Positions 9,995 through 19,647 of a stretch of 64,000 nt of DNA are shown here, one piece after another. Every line of letters starts with the position of its first letter. Position 1 is the first letter of the stretch. The notes under the pieces are model-generated. The model was not told where the DNA came from. It made no database searches and saw only the letters and a list, made by a program, of their open reading frames with translations. The translations under genes and the position numbers were made by a program. This stretch comes from a virus: IMG/VR virus record IMGVR_UViG_3300045988_183636; one strand, written 5' to 3'.

Positions 9995-10185
9995 AAAATA
10001 TAAGAACCCATAGTTTGACAACTCACTATGGTAACCGTCCTCTAACTGGCGGGCCTCCACCTGCTTTCCTGTGGGAAAACAGGCGAGCCTGCTGTATCTG
10101 GGTAAGCTTTCCTATAGGTGCATTTCATGTTTCTTTATAAGGGATTCCACCTTACGGAGAGGCTCCTGACATCGTCAGGAGTAGT
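9995..10185 (+). ncRNA. putative omegaRNA (reRNA) / right-end region of the IS605 element
   Basis: structured GC-rich region between the tnpB stop and the RE hairpin, which is where TnpB guide RNAs are encoded in this family. Confidence 0.35.
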
Positions 10186-10586
10186 TGACCTGGGACGATG
10201 TGACTCTCCCAAGAGAGTCCACCCGGTTGACAATGAGCTACGTTCCGCAGGGAGGTAACTGGAAGGATGTTCCTCCGGAAATCCATAAATTTGGACCGGC
10301 AACGCACTCTGATATTTACCAACGCCTTGCATGGGATCAGCCATCGCCTACCCTGGTAAACTGGAGGAAAATCAATCTCACACATCCAGAGGAAAACCGT
10401 ATTCTTAATGTATCCGAAGCGGCAGCGCTTATGGGACTCCCAAAGGAATTCAAAGTTTTCGGATCAACCTTAAACGCGAAACAGCAGCAGATTGGAAACG
10501 GTGTAACTCAGGCAATTGGAAGATTTGTTAAAAAGTATGTGCTACAAGCCTTGAACATGGATGGGAAAATAGTCAAATTTGCATAA
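10185..10586 (+). pseudogene. 3' fragment of a C5-cytosine DNA methyltransferase (motifs IX-X only), truncated at the IS right end
   Basis: RILNVSEAAALMGLP..F...GS....QQIGNGV (ENV-less, GN(G/A)V motif X); no N-terminal catalytic motifs upstream; TTG start only. Confidence 0.6.
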
Positions 10587-10601
10587 TGGAATAAAATAGA
10601 A

Positions 10602-10634
10602 AGGGTTCGTCTGATGGCGGACTCTTTTTTTTAT
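10602..10634 (+). terminator. rho-independent terminator (duplicate of 8071..8103)
   Basis: aaagggttcgtctgatggcggactctttttttt. Confidence 0.65.
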
Positions 10635-10718
10635 GGCAACCTTCGGTGGCAATTTTCCCTATATTTTCTCTTTTCCCAAGATTTTTTCAAAACTTTGTAA
10701 AAAAAAATTCAAAATCCT

Positions 10719-10747
10719 TTGACGATTTTTCAAATGGCGCAATATGT
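10719..10747 (+). promoter_or_regulatory. class-1 promoter TTGACG-N17-GCGCAATATGT
   Basis: ttgacgatttttcaaatggcgcaatatgt; followed by a ~220 nt structured leader before the 10974 CDS. Confidence 0.6.
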
Positions 10748-10973
10748 GTATTGAAAAGGCATAAAAGGATTCATGGTCCTGCCTTTTCCTGTGGAGATTC
10801 GTCTCTCCACAGACCTCCGAATTTTAAATGTATATCTATGACTGCGCTGTCCTCCTGTTACGGGGCAGTACAGGAGGGGTTCACAGAGCTTTGCCAGCAT
10901 TGGACACAAAGTGGCTGTTCATCCGGTTCGAGTTCGGAGGATTCCTTTCGTATAAGAAAAAAGGGGGGAAAGA

Positions 10974-11198
10974 ATGAGCAAAGAAGCATTAACTTTGGAA
11001 GAATTGAAAAACATGCAAGGACAGCCCGTGTGGTGCCCGGACCTCAACTCTTACGGCATCATCAAGTGTGACACGTCCGGGAAATGGAAGGGAATTCCCT
11101 ATATCCACGGTTCCCAGTATTTCCCGGAATTTGGAACCTCGACGGATTTTGAATACAACATCTTAGAGCGCGGACTTGTCTGCCAGCATATTCTCTGA
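10974..11198 (+). CDS. hypothetical small protein
   Basis: RBS AAGGGGGGAAAG before ATG. Confidence 0.5.
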   Translation: MSKEALTLEELKNMQGQPVWCPDLNSYGIIKCDTSGKWKGIPYIHGSQYFPEFGTSTDFEYNILERGLVCQHIL

Positions 11199-11321
11199 AC
11201 CGTGGAAAAGCTGGAAACCCGCAGAAAGGAAGAGGCGGTATGAGAAATGTGTGGCCAGTCCATGCTTTTGTTTTTACAGCATAATTGTAAATTGTTTGTG
11301 ATTTAAGGAGGAAAAAAGAAG

Positions 11322-12059
11322 ATGTTAAACAAGTATCTTGATTTGTTGCAGCATGCGACGGAGGCGATGACGAGTGTCGGAAAGACCGGGGCTGGAGCAG
11401 CTGAATATTTTCAGGCAGTTGGATATGAGTTTCTTGTTATTGGGCTTGGATTTTTGTATCTTGTAGGAATTGTTCTGTTGGTTGCAGGACCTGTACTGGT
11501 ATTTTACCATGGTGTCTTCAAAGCCGGGTTTGCTTCAAAGAAATTAAAGGAAATGTATATGATTGCGGAAGAGTATGTCAATGCAAGTAATCAATGTAAC
11601 GAATTACAGTATGATTTCGCTAACGATGGGAAGAAATGCCGTGTTGAAAATTTTGAGAAGCTGTGTGAATGTATCGGACAGTATTACAAAGCTTTCAGTA
11701 AGGATGTTGGATACGGAATGGTTCCAGGTGATACAATGGAAGAAAAGAAATGTTTTCTGAGAGAAACAAAACATCCTCACGATTTTTCATGCGGTCTTCC
11801 ACGCTTGTTTGGCATATATGGGTGGTCATTTGAGAGTAGTGAATATTCAAGAATTACTAAATGGAATTTATTCGCTGATATTGCCGCACCTGGAGAGGAA
11901 TCGTCAATATTTACGGGCCAGGTTAAGAAGCTGTACCCATCATCAGGCGCATTCCTTCATGACGTTAAAATTTTCAAGGCAAAATGTATATCGATCATGG
12001 CTGCGACGGTGGTCCTATATGCAATCTTTGTGCTTCCACTGTGCCTTATGTTCTTCTAG
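11322..12059 (+). CDS. hypothetical membrane protein
   Basis: RBS TAAGGAGG; hydrophobic segments. Confidence 0.55.
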   Translation: MLNKYLDLLQHATEAMTSVGKTGAGAAEYFQAVGYEFLVIGLGFLYLVGIVLLVAGPVLVFYHGVFKAGFASKKLKEMYMIAEEYVNASNQCNELQYDFANDGKKCRVENFEKLCECIGQYYKAFSKDVGYGMVPGDTMEEKKCFLRETKHPHDFSCGLPRLFGIYGWSFESSEYSRITKWNLFADIAAPGEESSIFTGQVKKLYPSSGAFLHDVKIFKAKCISIMAATVVLYAIFVLPLCLMFF

Positions 12060-12133
12060 GCTATCCAAATTTCGCATGAGAGAGGGGGAAATTTTTTCCC
12101 TCTCTTTTTTTTATAAATTTCTCCCGAATTCCT

Positions 12134-12162
12134 TTGACGATTCCCCAAATGGCGCAATATTT
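12134..12162 (+). promoter_or_regulatory. class-1 promoter
   Basis: ttgacgattccccaaatggcgcaatatttgt. Confidence 0.55.
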
Positions 12163-12208
12163 GTATTAGAAAAACATAAATAAGCATTCGTTCGAAAGGA
12201 AAATTCGT

Positions 12209-12454
12209 ATGTGTAAAAAGAGGGTGAGAGGGAAAGGGAGGAAAACAAAGAAACAGCGGGAAAATCTTTACCGGTGTGGAAACGGAGAGAAAGTCCTGTT
12301 TTCGTATTCCAAGAAGCGTAAGATGGACAGAAAATCTCATGTTTCAAGCATTGCATGTGCAAGGAAAGCGGGAAAAAATTACTGGGATATGTGGGGCAGG
12401 GGTTACCCGAACCGTTCAAGAATCAGAGCGTATTTTACGTATCTGCGAATATAG
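12209..12454 (+). CDS. possible small highly basic protein
   Basis: AAAGGA RBS 8 nt before ATG; ~350 nt promoter-to-terminator unit; a degenerate copy of the first ~65 nt recurs at 53031 with an immediate stop. Confidence 0.3.
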   Translation: MCKKRVRGKGRKTKKQRENLYRCGNGEKVLFSYSKKRKMDRKSHVSSIACARKAGKNYWDMWGRGYPNRSRIRAYFTYLRI

Positions 12455-12479
12455 CATTTTAAGGAAAACTCACTAATTC

Positions 12480-12503
12480 CCACAGGAAAACCTGTGGTTT
12501 TTC
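12480..12503 (+). terminator. rho-independent terminator
   Basis: cccacaggaaaacctgtggttttt. Confidence 0.6.
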
Positions 12504-12593
12504 GCCACAATTTTATAACTCAAAACAAAAAATTTGTGAATGATTGGATTATCTGGATATTTTTTGCTAAAGGATCATTTGGAGGTATTGTAT

Positions 12594-13058
12594 ATGAGAA
12601 TTCCATTACCGTGTAAGTTTGGAGAAACATTTGGGTATAAGGGGAAAAGCCTGAAATTATTGAGTGTATCATGGTTTAAATGGTCGTATAAGGGTTTGGA
12701 ATTTACGTATACCACGGATAAGGAATTTGTCACTAGCACCGATATGAATCAGCCGGAGTATATGGAAATTCCAGATGAAATGATTAAATCGTGTCAAATT
12801 AAAGGTCTTGGCTATCCTTTGAAGGGGATTGGCTATGTAGCAGGAATTCAATTTCGGGAAGGTCGTTTGTTCGCCGATATCATCGTTGAGAGTAGATATT
12901 TAATACATATTCTTTGCGAGTGTGATGGAGATGGGAAATATAAGAAGAATGGTGAAATTCAATTTCCACCGGTTCCAAGTTTTGAAACGGATGAGAAACG
13001 AAAGGCAGCGGTCTTAAAGCAGTTTTATAATGTACCTTTTGGAACTATCAAATTGTAA
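12594..13058 (+). CDS. hypothetical protein
   Basis: start moved to MRIPLP with RBS TGGAGG. Confidence 0.5.
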   Translation: MRIPLPCKFGETFGYKGKSLKLLSVSWFKWSYKGLEFTYTTDKEFVTSTDMNQPEYMEIPDEMIKSCQIKGLGYPLKGIGYVAGIQFREGRLFADIIVESRYLIHILCECDGDGKYKKNGEIQFPPVPSFETDEKRKAAVLKQFYNVPFGTIKL

Positions 13059-13084
13059 GGTATGCATGAGAAAGAGGGAATGTA

Positions 13085-13414
13085 ATGAGATTAATTAACA
13101 AAAACAAAGGAACTCCGTTTGCAGATGTAGGTGCATACGTTTGCGAGCTTACCGACGAATTGGATGCTCTTGCGAAGACTGTGTCAGACGCAAGTGTCAA
13201 CCGGCACTATATTTTGGCGGATGAATTCTGTAAAAGGAATAAATGCCTTGCAATCCGTATACCAGGCTGCACTTTGGGCGGAATACATTACAACCACGGC
13301 AATATTGTTACAGGAATCGAAATTAATACAGACTGCGTCAATAAGATATATTTATTGAACGCAAAAGAACTGGTTAATAAATACATCGGAGATAAAATTG
13401 AGTTTGAAAAATAA
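13085..13414 (+). CDS. hypothetical protein
   Basis: 109-aa ORF with RBS GAGGGAATG. Confidence 0.5.
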   Translation: MRLINKNKGTPFADVGAYVCELTDELDALAKTVSDASVNRHYILADEFCKRNKCLAIRIPGCTLGGIHYNHGNIVTGIEINTDCVNKIYLLNAKELVNKYIGDKIEFEK

Positions 13415-13831
13415 GTTTCTCTGGTAAGTTTCGGAGGAAGAAAAAAGGAGAATCATGGAAATGGAAGTATGGCCAGTTCTAACTGATAAAAGCCGAGCAA
13501 TTACTTTCTGCCTGCTGGCATTTCTATATCAATCAGGTATTTCATATTAAAGTTAAATAAAGGGAGCATCTTTAAAATTTTCCCTTTAAAATATACAAAG
13601 GACTGGTACAACATATGAGAACAGAAACAACTAGCATTTCGGCAAGAAGAAAGAAAAAGACGAATACAGAACTTAATAAGGTTAATCATGAGGCGCGTGC
13701 GCGGGGCATGTCGTATGGACAGTATTCATCCAAGGCGTATGCCCCGGTGGTTGAAAAAAGAGGAAGAATTGTGTAAGGATGTACTTTGATTGATCAAAGC
13801 TAGTTAACACAAAAATAGCAAGCAGTTTCTC

Positions 13832-13868
13832 GTTTCCAGAAATTCTGGGAAAGAAACTGCTTTTTGTA
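13832..13868. terminator. bidirectional terminator
   Basis: aagcagtttctcgtttccagaaattctgggaaagaaactgcttttt. Confidence 0.6.
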
Positions 13869-13890
13869 TACATTGAATGCCTTGGCTGCA

Positions 13891-16527
13891 TCAGAGGTAT
13901 TCGTCGATGTCGTCGTAGTCCTCACGGGTATCTGCCATATCCTCGCATCTTCCCGTTACTTCCGGGGCGGTCGCCTCATGCTCATCTTCGAGGTCTTTCA
14001 GACGGCTGCCGCTTACCATTACATAGGCATCCTTCGTGGAAAGATTTTCGCGGGAGAAAGCGAGAAGGTCTTCTTCGGATGGTTCGGAGAAGAAACTGCC
14101 GATCTCCGGGAGTTCGCCGTGTTCCTTCACATAATTGTCGTAGGCTTCTTGAAAGTACAACTCCACGGAGTTGTTGTATTTCAGGACGGAACAGGACTCG
14201 TCCGCATCAGTATAGGGGGCAATTTCCTCCAACAAATCTTCTTTGGCATTAACTTCTCCAGCTGCGATCGCTTCATACAAATCACACAGATTTGGATATT
14301 TTTCTTCATATTCGCTGTTGAGAAAACCTACAATATTGTCGTTATCCAATATAACCAGTAAATCTCCGGTAAGAGGCGGCGTCATTCCTGCAAATTGACG
14401 GATGTTGTCATTTACCATCTCGTTGTAACCATTTCCCATAAGTACATCCGGGTACGGGGCCTCTTCGCACCACTTTGCAAGCACCGGGGCAAACTGGTCA
14501 ATCTGTCGGTCATCCGCAAACTCGATGTTGTCAAAGACGAGCTTCCCGCCATCTGCAGTCTGCCATGCTTCCGCCTGCGCAAGAATCTTCCCAGATGTTT
14601 TGTCTTCGATCACAAAGAATCCGGCATCCGGGTTTGCCAGTCCATATATCATGGCTGTTTCTCCTGCGCCCCTAAGATGCTGGCAGCAATTAGTGTCATA
14701 ACCGATCATGACCTGCCGCGGGTCTTTGGCGTCCATGATGTAGGCTCTGTAATCGCCAAGTTCCACCTCCGTTGTTGGAAGGGTGCATTTACAGTCGGCA
14801 AACTTAAAATCCGGATATGACTTTTCGATTTCCTGAATTTCAAGCAGTGCCCTCCCTCTTGAAATCTGTGCTCTTACAGCATCTACATTGTCTGATGCAT
14901 CAATGGTGATACTGTTCTTGTATTTAACGATATCCTTTACCAGATTCTGGCTGACATCTGGATGAAAAGCTACCCATTTGGCAAGATCTTTTAAATGTTC
15001 GTCGTTCTTTTGGCAGCTTTCACATAACAGGACGGAAGCATAATCTTTATGTGGATTTTCAAGGATGACATTCTTTACGGTGTTTACATCGAAGTTCATT
15101 GCAAACAGTGTCGCTTCCACATCACAGAACCGGTTCCCTTTATTACAGGAACGCATCGCCATGACTGCATCACGGAACTTCTTTTCCTCGAAGGATTTTA
15201 CGATATCCTCTGGCGCAATGTCTAACTCTGTGGAAGCGATGGTAAGGGCATCGATGATCTTTGGCACCACACCGCAGCTTCTTTTGTCTAAACGGAACAA
15301 CGCCGTCAGCTGTTCTTTCGCTTTTGCATCCACGCTGTTTTTGATGTTGTAAAACCCGATGGCCTGGAAATCCTTTTTGAACTGCACTGCTGTTTGTTCC
15401 AGCTTCCCACTATGTTCCGCATTACAGAGCTTGGATACCAGAACCGGGGAATATACATCTTTTCCAAGGATATCGGCAGCTTCTTTTGCGATATCCAGAC
15501 ACTTCTGGTCCTCAAGTCCGTCTGACTGTTCCTGCGTTAGAGTAAAAGCTTTGTATGTAATATCTGATCCCCTGTAATTGATCACAAGGTCATCGGAACA
15601 GCCATTAAGGGCATCGCAAAATGTCAGGTCATCCGGCAAATGAAGTTCCTTTAAACCGGAACAATTTTCTAATGCACCCAAACCAAGATTTTTAACACCA
15701 TCTGGAATAGCAATGGATGTTAAATTGACGCAATCCTTAAATGCATAGGCTTGAATCTCTGTCGTCTGATCTGGAACTTTAATTTTTTCCAGAGAGCTAC
15801 ATCCTGCGAATGCGGCTCTCTCAATACGCGTCACACTGTCTGGAATCTTAACGGAATGCAGCTTCCTGCAATCTTGAAATGTGCTCGCCTCAATATCGGT
15901 TATCCCATCCGGAATGGCAACAGAACTTAATTTGTTACAGCCCGAAAACGCATTTTTCTCAATACGTGTCACACTGTCCGGAATTTCAATTTTTTCTAAC
16001 GAGTTGCAGCCAGCAAATGCACTATAGTTGATAGCGGTTACGCTATCTGGAATTTTAACAGAGGATAGACTGCTACAATCTTCAAATAGACTGTTCTCAA
16101 TATTTGTTACTCTATTCGGTATTTCAATATGAGTTAACCCGGTGCATCCGTAAAATGCACCTTCTTCAACGCTTGTCACGCTATCCGGAATATCGATTTC
16201 TGTTAAAGAGACACATTCACCTAATGCGCCTGCACCGATCCTTGCCACGCTTTCTGGAATTTTCACACTTTTTAATGCATCGCAGCCGTAGAATGTACTT
16301 TCTCCAATGGATACAACGCCATCTGGAATAACAACAGATGTTAATTCTTTGCACCAGGAAAATGCTCCATTTTTAATCCCTGTTAATTTACATTCTTCTC
16401 CTTTATAAATCACTTTCTCTGGAAGTACCACATCGCCTTTTTTGGGAATTGGCTTTCCTGTTGCGGCATCCACACAGCCAGCGAAATTTTCCTCCGTAAG
16501 TTCAAATTCTTTCAATTTTTTTGTCAC
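13891..16527 (-). CDS. large BspA-type leucine-rich-repeat protein (N-terminal LRR_5 repeats, large C-terminal domain of unknown function)
   Basis: about ten tandem IPD(S/G)VT.I...AF..C..L repeats in the N-terminal 300 aa; 878 aa in total. Confidence 0.7.
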   Translation of the reverse strand: MTKKLKEFELTEENFAGCVDAATGKPIPKKGDVVLPEKVIYKGEECKLTGIKNGAFSWCKELTSVVIPDGVVSIGESTFYGCDALKSVKIPESVARIGAGALGECVSLTEIDIPDSVTSVEEGAFYGCTGLTHIEIPNRVTNIENSLFEDCSSLSSVKIPDSVTAINYSAFAGCNSLEKIEIPDSVTRIEKNAFSGCNKLSSVAIPDGITDIEASTFQDCRKLHSVKIPDSVTRIERAAFAGCSSLEKIKVPDQTTEIQAYAFKDCVNLTSIAIPDGVKNLGLGALENCSGLKELHLPDDLTFCDALNGCSDDLVINYRGSDITYKAFTLTQEQSDGLEDQKCLDIAKEAADILGKDVYSPVLVSKLCNAEHSGKLEQTAVQFKKDFQAIGFYNIKNSVDAKAKEQLTALFRLDKRSCGVVPKIIDALTIASTELDIAPEDIVKSFEEKKFRDAVMAMRSCNKGNRFCDVEATLFAMNFDVNTVKNVILENPHKDYASVLLCESCQKNDEHLKDLAKWVAFHPDVSQNLVKDIVKYKNSITIDASDNVDAVRAQISRGRALLEIQEIEKSYPDFKFADCKCTLPTTEVELGDYRAYIMDAKDPRQVMIGYDTNCCQHLRGAGETAMIYGLANPDAGFFVIEDKTSGKILAQAEAWQTADGGKLVFDNIEFADDRQIDQFAPVLAKWCEEAPYPDVLMGNGYNEMVNDNIRQFAGMTPPLTGDLLVILDNDNIVGFLNSEYEEKYPNLCDLYEAIAAGEVNAKEDLLEEIAPYTDADESCSVLKYNNSVELYFQEAYDNYVKEHGELPEIGSFFSEPSEEDLLAFSRENLSTKDAYVMVSGSRLKDLEDEHEATAPEVTGRCEDMADTREDYDDIDEYL

Positions 16528-16539
16528 CTCTATTTTCTT

Positions 16540-16566
16540 CGTAGTCCTGTATATCTTTAATATGCA
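16540..16566 (-). promoter_or_regulatory. variant class-2-like motif upstream of the LRR gene
   Basis: the reverse complement reads ttgcatattaaagatatacagg; RBS AGAGGTG. Confidence 0.3.
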
Positions 16567-16592
16567 ACAAGAAAAGTTTGCGGCGCTTTTTT

Positions 16593-16615
16593 CATCTCAT
16601 ATTCCTGATGTAAAC
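16593..16615 (+). promoter_or_regulatory. class-2 promoter-like motif
   Basis: catctcatattcctgatgtaaac then CGAAAGGAG. Confidence 0.5.
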
Positions 16616-16647
16616 AAATTTTGAAAATCGAAAGGAGATAATTTATT

Positions 16648-18564
16648 ATGGAAGGACAGATGAGTTTATTCAATACACCGGAGGTATCCGGAACATCGGC
16701 ACTTAAGGTTTCCAGAGATTTTGGAGAACATATCGGAGGCGCGAGAAAGGAACTCTGGTCAGCTGGAGGCATCAATCTTGAGGATCTTTTGGATATGAAT
16801 GATGCTGAGAAAGCAAAATTCGTAAAGAAAGACAATATCTGGAAGAAACCGGATTATGAGCAGATGGTCGAAGCTGGCGTTCCGAAGGTAGTCGCTTACG
16901 CGATCAAAGAGGTGCGCAATGCAATTCCAGCAAAGCCATATGTTTCGTATTTCGAGCAGGACGATCCAGAGAAGGTGAAATACCGGATGGAGTGTTACGT
17001 CAAATTCGTGACCATGATCAGGGATACCATGTCGGGTGTTTCTTCTGAAGAAGAGTTTATGGAGAAACAGCAGGTTGTTTACAATCAGATTGTTGATCCG
17101 GAGCGCAGTACGCGTTACAGTATCTCTTCCAAACCGGAGTATACCGGATTGTTCCAGACGAAGCTTTTGCGTGCGATCCGCTGTGGTCATCAGACTTTCT
17201 CTGGCTACGCATACTGTGCAGAAGAAGAACAGTTTGCTGTGAAGAAAGAAGATAAGATACCTGCCGGATGGAAGATTGAAAAATATTCCCCGGATGGTTT
17301 TTACAGCCGTAGCCGTGTCGGATGCATCAGGGATACTTACATTGTTTCCAAAGGGTATTCTGTCATTGAGAAGAATATCCCAACGTACGAGGAAGCACTT
17401 TGTAAGTGCCAGGAATACGCAAAGCAGCTGAGAGCCAAGAAGCCACGCAAGGCTTCCGCTACTCCAAAGCAGCTGAAACGGGTTGAGCGTACCGGCCTTC
17501 CTGATGTCCGGAATGGACGGGATATCGTAGGAGAAGATTTCCTTAAAGATTTCAATATCCGTGGCGGAGAGTTCGGAAACTGGATGACGGAAAATGATGC
17601 TCAGTCAAGCCTGAACATGGCATATGAAGCATTCTGTGACTTTGCAGATATTCTTGGCATTCCGTTATCTTCTGTGTCTTTTGGAGGCCGTCTTGCGATC
17701 GCTTTCGGTGCAAGAGGACAGGGTTCCGCAGTTGCACATTACGAGCCGCTTCGTGAGGTAATTAATATTACGAAGATGAAAGGGGCCGGGTCACTCGGTC
17801 ATGAAATGTTTCATGCGCTTGATGACATTGTAGCGAAAAAACTGGGATTAACTAAGATGATGACAGAATCATTTGAGAAAGATAAAATTCCAGAGAGTGT
17901 ACTGAATGTGATTAGTGCAATGAAGTACCGCAAAGCTACAAAAGAGGAGATTGAATCAGAAAGAACGAAGAGGGTCAAGGGTACAGAAAACCGTCTTCGG
18001 AGATATATTGATTCTGTTTTCCCAGCAAATGATCTTTCTGAGGAACAGATAGAAAAGAGAGCAGAACTGGTAAGAGATATTTTCGAAGACAGATCGGAAA
18101 CTCTCATTTCTATTGATGGAACAGCGACAGCTGCAATCGAAGCACTTTCTTCATACAAAAAAAAGGTTACCGGACGTGTGATCAATAAAGAATCCAGAAA
18201 GAATGTGTTCTGGTCCTGGTATGCATACAAAGAAGCGGTTACTGCTTCCTATGGAAATATGCAGATGACATCGGAATATTACAAGGAGTCAAAAAAGATG
18301 GATGATTGCACTTCCAAAGATAAGTTTGGATACTGGTCGTCCACCGTTGAGATGTTTGCCCGTGCCGGTGCATGCTACCTTACCGATATGCTGAGAGCCA
18401 GGGGAGCCAAGAGTGATTACTTATCTGGACACTCAGAAAGCTGTGTAGGCATGGATAAAAACCTTAATCCTGTTTATGCGATGCCGCGTGGAGAAGAGCG
18501 CAAAGCGATCAATGCAGCAATCCATGACATGATCGAAGATCTCAAGGCAAAAGAACTTATTTAA
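16648..18564 (+). CDS. hypothetical protein with an HExxH zinc-metallopeptidase-like motif (possibly ArdC/LPD-like)
   Basis: GSLGHEMFHALDD motif; 638 aa. Confidence 0.5.
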   Translation: MEGQMSLFNTPEVSGTSALKVSRDFGEHIGGARKELWSAGGINLEDLLDMNDAEKAKFVKKDNIWKKPDYEQMVEAGVPKVVAYAIKEVRNAIPAKPYVSYFEQDDPEKVKYRMECYVKFVTMIRDTMSGVSSEEEFMEKQQVVYNQIVDPERSTRYSISSKPEYTGLFQTKLLRAIRCGHQTFSGYAYCAEEEQFAVKKEDKIPAGWKIEKYSPDGFYSRSRVGCIRDTYIVSKGYSVIEKNIPTYEEALCKCQEYAKQLRAKKPRKASATPKQLKRVERTGLPDVRNGRDIVGEDFLKDFNIRGGEFGNWMTENDAQSSLNMAYEAFCDFADILGIPLSSVSFGGRLAIAFGARGQGSAVAHYEPLREVINITKMKGAGSLGHEMFHALDDIVAKKLGLTKMMTESFEKDKIPESVLNVISAMKYRKATKEEIESERTKRVKGTENRLRRYIDSVFPANDLSEEQIEKRAELVRDIFEDRSETLISIDGTATAAIEALSSYKKKVTGRVINKESRKNVFWSWYAYKEAVTASYGNMQMTSEYYKESKKMDDCTSKDKFGYWSSTVEMFARAGACYLTDMLRARGAKSDYLSGHSESCVGMDKNLNPVYAMPRGEERKAINAAIHDMIEDLKAKELI

Positions 18565-18605
18565 CAACAACGAAGAAGGGCTTGCAGCGATGCATGCCTT
18601 TTTTT

Positions 18606-18628
18606 GTTTCATATTAAAGAATGTAAAC
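18606..18628 (+). promoter_or_regulatory. class-2 promoter-like motif
   Basis: gtttcatattaaagaatgtaaac then CGAAAGGAG. Confidence 0.5.
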
Positions 18629-18658
18629 AATTTGATCATCGAAAGGAGAAAAAATACT

Positions 18659-19543
18659 ATGAAAAAATCAAACGAAGAAAAAACTTATGCAACTCTTAAA
18701 CTTGGTAAGACTTATAAGTTTGCCGGATACAATTGGATGGCCTGTGAAGTGGATAATGACCGTCATGTTGTTGTAATCCAGTCGCATGGGGTAACCCATG
18801 GTGCATGGCCGGGATATACAATGCCACAGTTTGGAAACGGCAATTATTATTCCAATTCCATTGATGGAAAGGACATCAGCGACTACGATGACAAGATGCG
18901 GGCACTTTACGATGACATCAAAGATGCAGAGGATAAAGCTGCTCCTTATGGGGAAGGACTGTATTTGATATCAGTGGAAAAAGCCGAGTTTAAGGAATGG
19001 GATAACACAGGTTCCGGAAATTACTGGCAGGCATTGAAGGCAACGGCAGAAAACGCCCATTCGTTCCGGGATGCCAATTACTTTGCGTGGCTCGGTGCTG
19101 ACAATGGCAGCAAAGGCGCGTGGTGTGTTGACTCGGATGGCTGCTTCTACAACTACTTCAATAAACGCAACGACTTTGTTATTGCCCCATGCTTCAACTT
19201 AGATTTATCGAAGGTTAAAGTTGTAGATAACGAAATCGTCATTATAGACAATAAATTTGGTATATCCTTAATTGAGAAACCAGATGTTTATGGCCTGGTA
19301 AAATCAGAAATCATTAAAATGTATGACATGCTGGACACGGATGAAGTATACCCGTTAGAAATCAGCGGTTCCCAGAGTTCTGCAATGGGCTTTATTACCC
19401 AAAAGGCAGCGGAAGTCATTGATTATGACTACGAGAATTCGGGGCTGAATGAATTTATATCATCTATTCTGGATGATATGGATAAGGAATCAGAAGACAG
19501 TATCTATGATTTCCATGGTGTTAAAATTCATCTTGAACGTTGA
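18659..19543 (+). CDS. hypothetical protein, paralog family member 1 (GKTYKFAGY.W..CEVD...VIQSHGVT.G.WPG..MPQFGN; APxFNLDLSKV)
   Basis: paralogs at 61873..62802 and a scrambled pseudogene at 60641..61084. Confidence 0.6.
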   Translation: MKKSNEEKTYATLKLGKTYKFAGYNWMACEVDNDRHVVVIQSHGVTHGAWPGYTMPQFGNGNYYSNSIDGKDISDYDDKMRALYDDIKDAEDKAAPYGEGLYLISVEKAEFKEWDNTGSGNYWQALKATAENAHSFRDANYFAWLGADNGSKGAWCVDSDGCFYNYFNKRNDFVIAPCFNLDLSKVKVVDNEIVIIDNKFGISLIEKPDVYGLVKSEIIKMYDMLDTDEVYPLEISGSQSSAMGFITQKAAEVIDYDYENSGLNEFISSILDDMDKESEDSIYDFHGVKIHLER

Positions 19544-19647
19544 TCAGTCATACATAACCCGATGCACCGGGAACTAAAAATTGAGGTTCCCGTGTAAAGG
19601 GGGAACCTCTTTGTTTAACAGCATTGTGCTGAGAAAGAGAGGAAATT

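Larger units (their letters stand above)
8150..10185. mobile_element. IS200/IS605-family insertion sequence (divergent tnpA and tnpB), ends approximate
   Basis: left-end hairpin cccctgacagcgtcagggg (~8160) and right-end hairpin ctcctgacatcgtcaggag (~10165); Y1 transposase and TnpB ORFs inside. Confidence 0.75.

Noticed and set aside
10646-11071. 141-aa ORF on the + strand
   Set aside because: It spans the class-1 promoter at 10719 and the structured leader, has no RBS, and overlaps the better-supported 10974 CDS in another frame
13455-13776. Two sub-60-aa ORFs (13455..13550 and 13615..13776) with plausible RBSs
   Set aside because: Too short and featureless to call confidently; possible small proteins, but they are not needed to explain the region
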